A stretch of 64,000 bases of DNA from Phycisphaeraceae bacterium (GTDB taxonomy: Bacteria; Planctomycetota; Phycisphaerae; Phycisphaerales; Phycisphaeraceae). Made by a program: the position numbers and the translations under genes. Below the pieces are notes generated by a model, which was not told the DNA's origin, made no database searches, and saw nothing but the letters and a program-made list of their open reading frames with translations. How positions within the stretch are numbered: the first letter of the stretch is position 1; every line of letters starts with the position of its first letter. Positions 23,230 through 32,266 of this stretch are shown here, in pieces. Location: assembly GCA_963674705.1 (NCBI GenBank), contig OY771506.1, positions 2,560,001-2,624,000 of the forward strand. Direction: 5' to 3'.

Positions 23230-24063
23230 ATGCGTTGGATCGATAAGTTATGGCGATCGGAGCGGGAGTTTGAGCAAGACGGTAGCACTGCGCGCCCCAG
23301 GATATATGACGATGACCTGTTTCTCGTGTCTTATCCGAAGTCGGGCAACACGTGGATGCGTTTTTTGCTGGCGAACCTGATGCGCATTGATCTCGAAGGG
23401 TTTGATGCTGAGCCGATTGACTTCAATTCAGCGGTTCAATACGTGCCGGAATATGAATTGCATACTGATGCAGTAGATGCCGCAGCCCGACCTCGGATCC
23501 TCAAAAGTCATACGGAATATGATGCGAGCTTCCCGCGTGTCGTGTATCTGGTACGTGATCCGCGAGATGTTTATGTTTCATATTACCATTACCTTCGCAA
23601 AAGATTGCCGGAGGGTTTTACCCTTAATGACTTCTTGCAGAAGCAAGACCTGCACCCGTGTCATTGGCATGAACATGTGACGGGTTGGATCGATCAGCCC
23701 AACGTGTTGACTATCCGGTACGAAGACATGCTGGCCGATACAGCGATGCAAGTGCATAATCTCGTGGCTTACTGGCGTCAACGCGGTTTTACAGATGAAC
23801 AAATCGATGTGGCCGTGAGTCGCTCTTCATTCAATAACATGAAACAAATCGAACAATCCGGCGGTCGACCATTCCGTAGCGAGCGGCACCGCGAGCTTTC
23901 AACCCCCTTCATGCGAAGTGGAAAAGCCGGGGCCTGGATGCGGCATTTTAGTGAAGGTGACCATCAACTACTGATAGATCGGATGGGCGAGCAGATGGCT
24001 CGCCTTGGCTACGACACCGAATATCCAAGCAGTAACTTGGAAGTAGTTAATAATGCAGTTTGA
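23230..24063 (+). CDS. PAPS-dependent sulfotransferase
   Basis: SYPKSGNTW (5'-PSB), RDPRDVYVSYY (3'-PB), RYED and FMRSGKAGAW motifs. Confidence 0.92.
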   Translation: MRWIDKLWRSEREFEQDGSTARPRIYDDDLFLVSYPKSGNTWMRFLLANLMRIDLEGFDAEPIDFNSAVQYVPEYELHTDAVDAAARPRILKSHTEYDASFPRVVYLVRDPRDVYVSYYHYLRKRLPEGFTLNDFLQKQDLHPCHWHEHVTGWIDQPNVLTIRYEDMLADTAMQVHNLVAYWRQRGFTDEQIDVAVSRSSFNNMKQIEQSGGRPFRSERHRELSTPFMRSGKAGAWMRHFSEGDHQLLIDRMGEQMARLGYDTEYPSSNLEVVNNAV

Positions 24064-24110
24064 TTCTACTGAGCGCAAGAGACAAGAATAAATTGTGGTT
24101 GAAGTGAATA

Positions 24111-26339
24111 ATGCTACAAGAACTTCTACATGACACGTTGACAATGACATCTGTTGTAGGTAGAGACCTGCGACGGCGTTGGCTGTCCTCTGTCATGCCC
24201 AAGAAGCCGACCACGATCAATCTACTGGTCAACGATATCTGCAATTCTCGTTGCGTGATGTGCAATATATGGCAACAGAAGCGAGATAAGGAATTTACCC
24301 CCGATCAGTTGGCATCCATCCTTATGGATGAACTCTATAGCCGGGTTGAGTATGTGGGTGTATCCGGCGGCGAACCGACACTGAGGCGGGACCTGCCCGA
24401 GTTGTTCAGTGTAATCTGCCGAAAATTACCGAGCCTCAAGGGTACGGGCATTATTACCAACGCGATACGTGACCAGGATGTGATCGAACGTGTCGAGGCA
24501 TCCGCCAAGATCTGTGCCACAAGGCATATCGACTTCAATGTGATGGTATCGCTTGATGGTCTCGGTGATGTGCACGACCAAATACGCGGTAAGAGAGGTA
24601 ACTTCGAATCCGCGATCCGTGTGATTGAAGACTTCAAGAGTCGATTGCACCTGCCCTTATCGGTTGGGTGCACTGTTACCAAGACGAATCTCTGGCACGT
24701 CGGTGAGTTACTCGAGTACTGCAAGGCTAACGATATCTACGCCCGCTTCCGCATCGGCGAGTTTGTGCAAAGGCTGTATAACTTCGGACAAATGGCCCAC
24801 ATCCGTGGCTTCAATGATGATGAGTCTTATCATCTGGCGATGTTCTTCACGCAACTCGACCGGGAATACGAGACGCGAAACGCGGTTCGTAGAACGTATC
24901 GTAATATCGCCGGTATGCTGCTAGGGCGGCCGCGTCAGACAGCCTGTCCGTATCAGGATCAGGCGGTTGTACTTGATTGCCGGGGCAACCTTCAATACTG
25001 CGCGCCGAAGTCGAACACAATCGGCAACGCTTTAGAAGATTCATCTTTTAAAGTGTTTGTCCGCAAGCTGGATGAACGAAATCGCATCCGTAAAAAGGAT
25101 TGTGCGACCTGTATCCACGATTATCACGGGCGGCTTACCCGCGGAGAATGGCTAGGCGAAGTGACCGCCAAGTATTGCGGCCGGGCGCTCAGTATACGAA
25201 ACGCTTTACGTCTGGCGAACCGTTTGCCTGCTCGTGAAGGGGAGGCCCCCTCTGACGGACCCGGCAGCATTCTGATCACTGGATGGTACGGCACAGAGAC
25301 GGTCGGAGACAAAGCTATCTTGGGTAGCATCGTCAATGACTACAGGTCGCGTTATCCGGAAGCACGTATCAGTGTGACGAGTCTGTATCCTTTCGTGACT
25401 GAACGCACGTTGCGAGAGCTTGGTGTCGATGCACAGGTCATACCCGTGTACAGCCCGCGATTCTTCAAGGCGTGTGCAACGCACGATGAACTGGTCATGG
25501 GTGGCGGGCCTTTGATGGACCTTGGTGAATTGGGTGTGATTCTGGCTGCATTCGCTATCGCTGCTGCTGCGGGTAAACGGCGTGTGGTATATGGCTGTGG
25601 GCTCGGACCGTTGAAGGATGCTTCCTGTATTGAGGCGGTAAAGCGCATTCTGGGATTAGCGGACGAGGTGATGCTGCGTGATAACGCCAGTGTCGTATGG
25701 GCGATGGAATTGGCCGGCCGTGATGATATTCAGCAAATAGCTGACCCGGCAGCATCCTATGTCACCCATCGCCGTGAAACACTGCCGAGCGTGGTTAAAC
25801 AGCCTGTGCTCGCATGCTTTCTGCGTCAGTGGCCTGCTGGGTACCGCGGTTCACGCTCGGTTGATGAATATGAGCAGATGCGCGAGCAGTTTGAGCAAAG
25901 GCTTGGAGAGCAGGTGCATCAAGCATGTGAATCGCTTGGGTTGAGACCCGCGCTCTACAGCATGCATACTTTCTTTGAGGGGTGTGATGATCGTCGCTTT
26001 AATCGCAGCTTTGCAGACAGGTATCTGACAGAATTAAATCCAATCGTTGATATTCGTCCGTCTAGCGTGGATTCTATTGTCCAGGCAATGCTAGGTGCGC
26101 AGGTGTGTTTATCAATGCGATTCCACTCGGTTTTGTTTGCTTACACTCTCGGCAAGCCATTTGTTGCAATCGACTATACTCAAGGCGGTAAGATCAAAGG
26201 CTTCCTGACAGATCACGACGCATCGGATCGGATGGTGTGTCTGGACGATGTGATCAATAGTGATGCAGCACTACTGACAAACCATTACGCAAAGCAGGGT
26301 GTTGTGCCTCGAGTTGCCCCAGAGGGGGTGGCTGCATGA
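24111..26339 (+). CDS. Radical SAM (SPASM/twitch-like) domain fused to a polysaccharide pyruvyltransferase domain
   Basis: CNSRCVMC and SGGEP, auxiliary Cys; C-terminal half has GWYGTETVGDKAIL, GGGP, LRD and SMRFHS (CsaB/WcaK-like). Confidence 0.82.
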   Translation: MLQELLHDTLTMTSVVGRDLRRRWLSSVMPKKPTTINLLVNDICNSRCVMCNIWQQKRDKEFTPDQLASILMDELYSRVEYVGVSGGEPTLRRDLPELFSVICRKLPSLKGTGIITNAIRDQDVIERVEASAKICATRHIDFNVMVSLDGLGDVHDQIRGKRGNFESAIRVIEDFKSRLHLPLSVGCTVTKTNLWHVGELLEYCKANDIYARFRIGEFVQRLYNFGQMAHIRGFNDDESYHLAMFFTQLDREYETRNAVRRTYRNIAGMLLGRPRQTACPYQDQAVVLDCRGNLQYCAPKSNTIGNALEDSSFKVFVRKLDERNRIRKKDCATCIHDYHGRLTRGEWLGEVTAKYCGRALSIRNALRLANRLPAREGEAPSDGPGSILITGWYGTETVGDKAILGSIVNDYRSRYPEARISVTSLYPFVTERTLRELGVDAQVIPVYSPRFFKACATHDELVMGGGPLMDLGELGVILAAFAIAAAAGKRRVVYGCGLGPLKDASCIEAVKRILGLADEVMLRDNASVVWAMELAGRDDIQQIADPAASYVTHRRETLPSVVKQPVLACFLRQWPAGYRGSRSVDEYEQMREQFEQRLGEQVHQACESLGLRPALYSMHTFFEGCDDRRFNRSFADRYLTELNPIVDIRPSSVDSIVQAMLGAQVCLSMRFHSVLFAYTLGKPFVAIDYTQGGKIKGFLTDHDASDRMVCLDDVINSDAALLTNHYAKQGVVPRVAPEGVAA

Positions 26340-27619
26340 GGGTGCTGATTCTTTGTGATGTACAGCGGAAGGGTGGTGCTGGGATCGCCGCGCACAGGCT
26401 TGCCTCTGCGCTTACTCTGTATGGTCATGAGGTGCACTGGGCGACACCTTATCCCACTTCCTCGTGTGACATCACGACACACAATTGTCGTGAGTATTCC
26501 ACGGGTGCGCGTGTTATACACAAAGCTCTCAACATGTTGCAGCCTGCCAGACGTCAGACTTTCGAGTCACATGCGATTGTTCGTCGCCTGAAGCAGATTG
26601 TCAGCGATATCAAGCCGGATGTTGTGAACGTACATAACCTTCACGGCGCATCGTTGCCTGCCACTCTCCCGGCCGAATTGTCGCAGATCGTGCCTGTTGT
26701 GTGGACGTTACACGATATGTGGGCGTTCACCGGCACATGTGCGTATTCGATGGGTTGCCGAAAGTTTGAGTCATACTGTGATAGTCATTGCCCGATGGCG
26801 GATGAGTATCCAAGCAGCCCGGCCTCTCAGGTGGGGTACCTCTATGAACAGCGCAAGAAAGCTTTGGCGGAAGCGGGTCGGTTAGCATTTGCCACCCCAT
26901 CCCAATGGCTGGCTGATGAAGCAGTCAAGGGGATGCTGAATGGTTTTGATGTTAGGGCGATTCCCAACTGCATCGAGTTGGACCAATTTGTCCCGGTTGA
27001 TAAGGATGCCGCACGTCAAGGATTGAATCTGCCGCTTGGTCGGCCGGTTCTTGTTACGACAGCTACGCCGGGTGATCCACGCAAAGGTGCTTCTGTTTTG
27101 TATGAGGCGATGAAACTGTTGGGGCGCCCGAATACGATCATGCTTCAGCTTGGCGGTGATTATAAAAACGGTGTTGAGCATTGGGACCATCGCGTGCTTG
27201 AGGGTGTAGATGACCCCCGACTCATGCGCATTGTCTACAGCGCCGCCGATGCACACATCCTGCCGACGCTTGCGGATAACCTGCCTAACACCTTGCTGGA
27301 AGCAGCCGCCTGTGGCGTGCCAAGCATCGCGTCGGATGTCGGAGGTGTGGGTGAAGCGATCATCAATAGCGAAACCGGATGGCTGGTCCCTCCATCAGAC
27401 GCAGATGCGCTGGCTCAAAAGATCGGTGTCGCGATCGACCTCAACGTCAAACACAATCAGGCGATCCGTACCAGATGCCGGGCATTTGCTGAAGCCCAAT
27501 TCGCTCCTGCGATTCAAGCAAAACGTTACACCGAACTATTTGAGCAGACGATCAATCAAGATCTGGCTCAAAATGACATTCTTACGCAAATCAGTTCAAT
27601 GAGCGGGGAGGCTGCGTAA
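26336..27619 (+). CDS. Glycosyltransferase family 4 (WcaC-like)
   Basis: GGAGIAAHRL, WTLHDMWAFTG.C, DNLPNTLLEAAACGVP motifs. Confidence 0.9.
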   Translation: MRVLILCDVQRKGGAGIAAHRLASALTLYGHEVHWATPYPTSSCDITTHNCREYSTGARVIHKALNMLQPARRQTFESHAIVRRLKQIVSDIKPDVVNVHNLHGASLPATLPAELSQIVPVVWTLHDMWAFTGTCAYSMGCRKFESYCDSHCPMADEYPSSPASQVGYLYEQRKKALAEAGRLAFATPSQWLADEAVKGMLNGFDVRAIPNCIELDQFVPVDKDAARQGLNLPLGRPVLVTTATPGDPRKGASVLYEAMKLLGRPNTIMLQLGGDYKNGVEHWDHRVLEGVDDPRLMRIVYSAADAHILPTLADNLPNTLLEAAACGVPSIASDVGGVGEAIINSETGWLVPPSDADALAQKIGVAIDLNVKHNQAIRTRCRAFAEAQFAPAIQAKRYTELFEQTINQDLAQNDILTQISSMSGEAA

Positions 27620-28500
27620 TGTCCAATACTGTTCAGCAACCAAAGATCAGTGTTGTCATGGTCGATGGCGCGTTCCGTGAGCGGTACGACTCGATCGACT
27701 TCATGGCAAAGCAGAACCTGCCTGCTGACAGATACGAACTGATCTGGGTTGAGTACTTCGACAAGATTGATCCTGACTTGCAACAGCGGATCGACACTGC
27801 GAGTAAGACGCATAACTTTCGAACAATCACGCTGGGCCGGAAGGGGCACTACCATTCATCGTATTGCTTCAATCGGGGGATAATCGAGGCGAAGGGTGAA
27901 CTGCTCGTCATCCCCGACGCCGATGTCATTGCCGAGCCTAACTTCCTTGAAAAGGTATTACAGGATCACGCCGGGTATGACCGGCTTGTGACATATTATC
28001 ACCGGTACAACGAGCCCGAATCACAGCGGGCAGAACAGGTTGATATCGAACATCTACGAGATGTCTGCGAACTGACGAACCCCTCAAACCATGGGGCATG
28101 CATCGCGACACGCCGCAAGTGGTTTATCGAGATTAATGGCTACGAGCAGAGCCCCATCTTCGCAACAGGTTTTCACGCCAATGATAAAGATGTCTATGCA
28201 CGGCTATGCAGTCTTGGCCTGATGGTTCGTTGGAACCCGGATGTGAAACTCTATCATCCCTGGCACGCAATGACCGGTGAACTCACACCACACTACAAGC
28301 CACAGCTTGATGTCATCAGTTGGCGCGGGCGAACTTTGTCCACACGGCCATTCCAGGGCCTGGTTACATCGCTCAACACGATCCCACCGCAGCGTTACAT
28401 CGATATTGAGAACTGGTTGAAGTCTATTGATGAGCCCAGGTGGAAGAAGGTCGCGGGTAAGTTACGCAAGATCGCGGGTATCGAAAGGCGGGCGGCATGA
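27619..28500 (+). CDS. Glycosyltransferase family 2
   Basis: ISVV, N.GI..AKGELLVIPDAD (DxD), INGYE and HPWH motifs. Confidence 0.82.
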   Translation: MSNTVQQPKISVVMVDGAFRERYDSIDFMAKQNLPADRYELIWVEYFDKIDPDLQQRIDTASKTHNFRTITLGRKGHYHSSYCFNRGIIEAKGELLVIPDADVIAEPNFLEKVLQDHAGYDRLVTYYHRYNEPESQRAEQVDIEHLRDVCELTNPSNHGACIATRRKWFIEINGYEQSPIFATGFHANDKDVYARLCSLGLMVRWNPDVKLYHPWHAMTGELTPHYKPQLDVISWRGRTLSTRPFQGLVTSLNTIPPQRYIDIENWLKSIDEPRWKKVAGKLRKIAGIERRAA

Positions 28501-29432
28501 GTGAAGTTAATCCTGGTGCTGGCGGCAAACCAAGGGTGTCTGTGTTGATGCCCGTCTATAATGCGCAGGCTTATCTTGTGGAAGCAATCGACTGTATCCT
28601 CGCACAGACCTTTAGCGATTGGGAGCTGATCTGTGTCAATGACGGCTCAACCGACGCCTCACAAGCGATCCTCGATAGTTACGCCAACAGGCATTCACGT
28701 ATCCGAGCGATACATCGGCATAATACGGGTATTGTCGGTGCACTCAACGATGCGTTGGATGCGGCTAACGGCGAATACATCGCGCGTATGGATGCTGATG
28801 ACTGGTGCGCGGAAGTCCGCTTTCAGCAACAGGTGAAGTACCTAGATGAGCACGTTGATTGTGTCGCTGTTGGTACGTATGTGCAGCGGACTGATCCTTA
28901 CGGCTCACCGGCCGGTTCGCAGGAGCCGCCAACCGATCACGAGACTATTGATGCGGCATTACTCGCGGGTGATGCCAGTGCATTGGTGCATGCGAGTCTT
29001 ATGATGCGCGCCGATGCACTCCGATCGATAGGCGGCTGGCGAGAGGGTACGGATTGGGTCGAGGATCTGGATCTGTTCTTACGCTTGGCAGAATACGGTA
29101 AACTCTCAAACCTGCCACAGTATCTCTATATCTACCGCCGACATGCACAAAGTGTCTGCTTCAATCGGTATGAGTTGATGTGTCGGCGGTTGAAAGAGGT
29201 ATTGAGAGAAGCCTACGAACGGCGGGGCATTATCAAGCAATACGATGAGCAGATGATCCGCCCGGACCTGGCGCCGAAGCAGTCGGTAGCAGAGCACTAC
29301 CGCAACTGGGCGTGTTATGCGATCCATGCTGGCAACGGCACACTGGCTCGCAAGCATGCGATCGATGCACTGAAGCGTTCCCCGTTATCACCACGAACAT
29401 GGAAAGTCGCTTACTGGGCTTTGGCAGCCTGA
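28497..29432 (+). CDS. Glycosyltransferase family 2
   Basis: VSVLMPVYN, NDGSTD, YIARMDADD and EDLDLFLR motifs. Confidence 0.92.
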   Translation: MSEVNPGAGGKPRVSVLMPVYNAQAYLVEAIDCILAQTFSDWELICVNDGSTDASQAILDSYANRHSRIRAIHRHNTGIVGALNDALDAANGEYIARMDADDWCAEVRFQQQVKYLDEHVDCVAVGTYVQRTDPYGSPAGSQEPPTDHETIDAALLAGDASALVHASLMMRADALRSIGGWREGTDWVEDLDLFLRLAEYGKLSNLPQYLYIYRRHAQSVCFNRYELMCRRLKEVLREAYERRGIIKQYDEQMIRPDLAPKQSVAEHYRNWACYAIHAGNGTLARKHAIDALKRSPLSPRTWKVAYWALAA

Positions 29433-29448
29433 AGCCGTGAGGTATCTG

Positions 29449-30225
29449 ATGAGCCTGAAGACAATCAAACAAGCCTACTGGCGATTGCTGAATGCCTGGA
29501 ACAAGCGCCGGCATCCTGTCAGTGTTGACTATTCGCCGCACCCGTTTCTCGATGGCATCGAGCGCAATCTCCCAACGGATCATGACGGAATCGTGATGGT
29601 CGATGGTGGAGCGCATGACGGACAGATGGCCAAACGTTTTGTCGAGCGATTGCCGGGCTTACAGGTACATTGTTTCGAGCCTAACGCCGACTTGTTCCCG
29701 AAACTGCAGCAAAACCTTGCAGGCATTCCAGGTTCGCGACATCAACTTGCACTATCCAGCAAGACGCAGACGCTGAAGATGTTCATCAATGATTCTCCGA
29801 TGACAAGTTCCGTGTTGCCCCGCAATGAGAACAGCGAACGATACTTTGATGCCGTCACACGGATTAAAGAAGTCCGTGAACTGAAGGCAACAAGTCTCGA
29901 CGACTGGTTCGATCATTCGGGCTTGGACCACGTCGACATCATCAAGCTGGACCTCCAAGGCTATGAGCTTGAGGCACTCAAGGGGGCCAGGCGTCTCTTA
30001 GCACGTGGCGTAGCTTGTATCTATCTCGAAGTGAATTACGTGCCTTTCTATGAAGGCTCCGCAACGTTCGGCGAGATCGATGTCTTCATGCGAAGCTGCG
30101 GTTACAAGCTGTTCAATTTATACAACACATGCACGCACTTGCCTGAAGGGCACATCGGGTCGGGTGATGCGCTATACGTGTCGGATGTTACAGCGAATGT
30201 ACAACAGCTCAGGGAGGCTGCATGA
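29449..30225 (+). CDS. FkbM family methyltransferase
   Basis: DGGAHDG, FEPN and IKLDLQGYELEALKGA motifs; start ATG 29449 after GAGG (GTG 29437 is an alternative). Confidence 0.9.
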   Translation: MSLKTIKQAYWRLLNAWNKRRHPVSVDYSPHPFLDGIERNLPTDHDGIVMVDGGAHDGQMAKRFVERLPGLQVHCFEPNADLFPKLQQNLAGIPGSRHQLALSSKTQTLKMFINDSPMTSSVLPRNENSERYFDAVTRIKEVRELKATSLDDWFDHSGLDHVDIIKLDLQGYELEALKGARRLLARGVACIYLEVNYVPFYEGSATFGEIDVFMRSCGYKLFNLYNTCTHLPEGHIGSGDALYVSDVTANVQQLREAA

Positions 30226-31106
30226 GTCGAAGCGCCTCCATTCCGCCGCATCCACCCGTGACAGCGATCGTGATCTATCGAAACGAGAAGCGTCACCTGG
30301 AAAGATGCCTGCTCGCGTTGCGCTGGTGCAATGAACTCATCGCAGTTGATATGGAATCAAGCGACGGCTCGCGAGAAATCGCACAGGACCTGGCTGACCG
30401 TGTCTTGAGTGTGCCACAGTGTCCGATCGCAGAGCCCACGCGTGTTGCGGCTGCGAGGCTGGCAAAGAATGACTGGGTTCTGCTGGTCGATCCCGACGAA
30501 GTGATACCGCCGACGTTATCTGATGATATCCGTGCTGCTTTGGCGGCGAATCCGAACGCCGGAGCATTCAGTCTTCCGATGTGGTTCTACTTCAAAAGCA
30601 AACGGCTCACAGGAACGGTCTGGGGCACGCTGACGTTCAAGCAGCGTCTGATTCACCGTAAGCGTTGTGACCTGTTGCCGCTTTGCAATCGGATCAGCCA
30701 GATCAAGCCGGGTGAACAGGATGTCCGCATCCAGCACGACGGCGACAACCACATGCGGCACTACTGGTCTGATTCGTATCTCGATCTGCTGCACAAGCAC
30801 TTCGTGCGCTATTCGCATACCGAAGCGGCCGCGATGGTCGCACAGGGTAAGCTGTTTAATCTTAAGCTGGGTTTCATTGCACCATTTGTAGAACTAAGAA
30901 GGACGCTGAAAGACTTTGACGGCTGGCGTATCGGGTTCCGCGGCTGGGCGCTTAGCGGTATTTACTTCGGGTATGTCCTGGCAAGCCATTGGTTGACACT
31001 GTATTACCAATGGAAGGGCGCACCACCTGAAAAACCGGAATTACGCGACCTGCCGGTGTTGACCGACATCACCGACAGGCCGACCACGGAAAGGGCGGCG
31101 GCATGA
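30222..31106 (+). CDS. Glycosyltransferase family 2 (KdtX/beta-1,4-glucosyltransferase-like)
   Basis: NE..HL.RCL, VD..SSDGS and DWVLLVDPDE motifs. Confidence 0.85.
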   Translation: MSRSASIPPHPPVTAIVIYRNEKRHLERCLLALRWCNELIAVDMESSDGSREIAQDLADRVLSVPQCPIAEPTRVAAARLAKNDWVLLVDPDEVIPPTLSDDIRAALAANPNAGAFSLPMWFYFKSKRLTGTVWGTLTFKQRLIHRKRCDLLPLCNRISQIKPGEQDVRIQHDGDNHMRHYWSDSYLDLLHKHFVRYSHTEAAAMVAQGKLFNLKLGFIAPFVELRRTLKDFDGWRIGFRGWALSGIYFGYVLASHWLTLYYQWKGAPPEKPELRDLPVLTDITDRPTTERAAA

Positions 31107-31990
31107 GTAACGCACCACACCTGCCAAGCATCACGATCATCACGCCAAGTTTCAATCAGGCAGCGTTCCTTGAACAGACGATCCAGAGCGTGCTCAGCCA
31201 GGGATACCCGGCTCTGCAGTACGGCATCATTGATGGTGGATCAACCGACGGCTCCATCGATATCATCGAACGCTACCGCAAGCAACTCGACTTTGCGGTG
31301 ATTGAAAAAGACAACGGCCAAACAGAAGCAATCAATAAGGGGCTAAAACAAGCCAAAGGCGAGATCGTTGGATGGCTATGCTCTGATGATACACTGCTGC
31401 CGGGCGCGCTGCAGACGGTTGGGACGCACTTCATGCATCAGCCTAAGGATGATTGGCTTGCCGGTGCATGCGCCATGATCGACATCGATGGTAAACAAGA
31501 GAGCGTCATCCGACCCGGCGGCGTGTTCACACTCGAAGGGATCCTCTTGCGCAGTGATGAACATCCATTTAACCTGCCTCAGCCCGGTGTGTTCTGGCGT
31601 CGAAGCCTGCATGACCAATTGGGACTTCTGGATGAGTCTCTGCATTACTGCATGGACTTCGAGTTCTGGCTGCGCCTGGTATCCGCCGGTTACCGCCCGA
31701 CATTGATCAACGATACCCTCGCCACCTACCGTCTGCATGATTCGAGTAAGAGCTGCGCCGCACCGATGGGCTTCATACGCGAACACATCGAGGTCGAAGG
31801 GGAATATGCCAAGTCGCTGCCGTTAATGCAGCGGATGCAGGTTGCCAGGCGCTTAGGTTACATGCATCGTGCGAGTGTTTTAAATGCGGCCGGCTGCAAC
31901 CCATGGAGCGAAGTCGCCCGACGGCCGTGGTGGCTCCTTTCGCAGCAGGTACGTGAAGCGCTACGCCACGGACCGCGTAAAGCGGCTTAG
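31103..31990 (+). CDS. Glycosyltransferase family 2 (WcaE-like)
   Basis: ITIITPSFNQ, DGGSTDGS, LCSDD, QPGVFWRR and MDFEFWLR motifs. Confidence 0.92.
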   Translation: MSNAPHLPSITIITPSFNQAAFLEQTIQSVLSQGYPALQYGIIDGGSTDGSIDIIERYRKQLDFAVIEKDNGQTEAINKGLKQAKGEIVGWLCSDDTLLPGALQTVGTHFMHQPKDDWLAGACAMIDIDGKQESVIRPGGVFTLEGILLRSDEHPFNLPQPGVFWRRSLHDQLGLLDESLHYCMDFEFWLRLVSAGYRPTLINDTLATYRLHDSSKSCAAPMGFIREHIEVEGEYAKSLPLMQRMQVARRLGYMHRASVLNAAGCNPWSEVARRPWWLLSQQVREALRHGPRKAA

Positions 31991-32135
31991 TCCATCGACT
32001 CGCCGTATTATCGGCCTCAGGATCATCTTGGCCGACTATTCGCCAACCCAAATCAGATACTGCCTGATTGAGGCGTTCAGCCTTCAATCGCTGTTGTTAT
32101 CAGTCGCCCTTGCGCCTGTTCGCTGTTGCATAGGG

Positions 32136-32189
32136 ATATGACGGTTGTAACGATTGTGCGGATTATGACGGTTATGACAATTGTGACAA
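32136..32189 (+). repeat. Six imperfect 9-bp tandem repeats (consensus TTRTRACRR)
   Basis: ATATGACGG TTGTAACGA TTGTGCGGA TTATGACGG TTATGACAA TTGTGACAA. Confidence 0.75.
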
Positions 32190-32206
32190 TTTTCTTGTCT
32201 GGGTAG

Positions 32207-32234
32207 TTAAGTCGCCCCCGCAGTATGACGATCC
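32207..32234 (+). promoter_or_regulatory. sigma28-like promoter 3: TAAG-N15-GACGATCC
   Basis: Same TTAAGTCG start and spacing as sites 1 and 2. Confidence 0.6.
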
Positions 32235-32266
32235 GGTGTGTAACGCATCAGTGTAAGGATGAGCCC

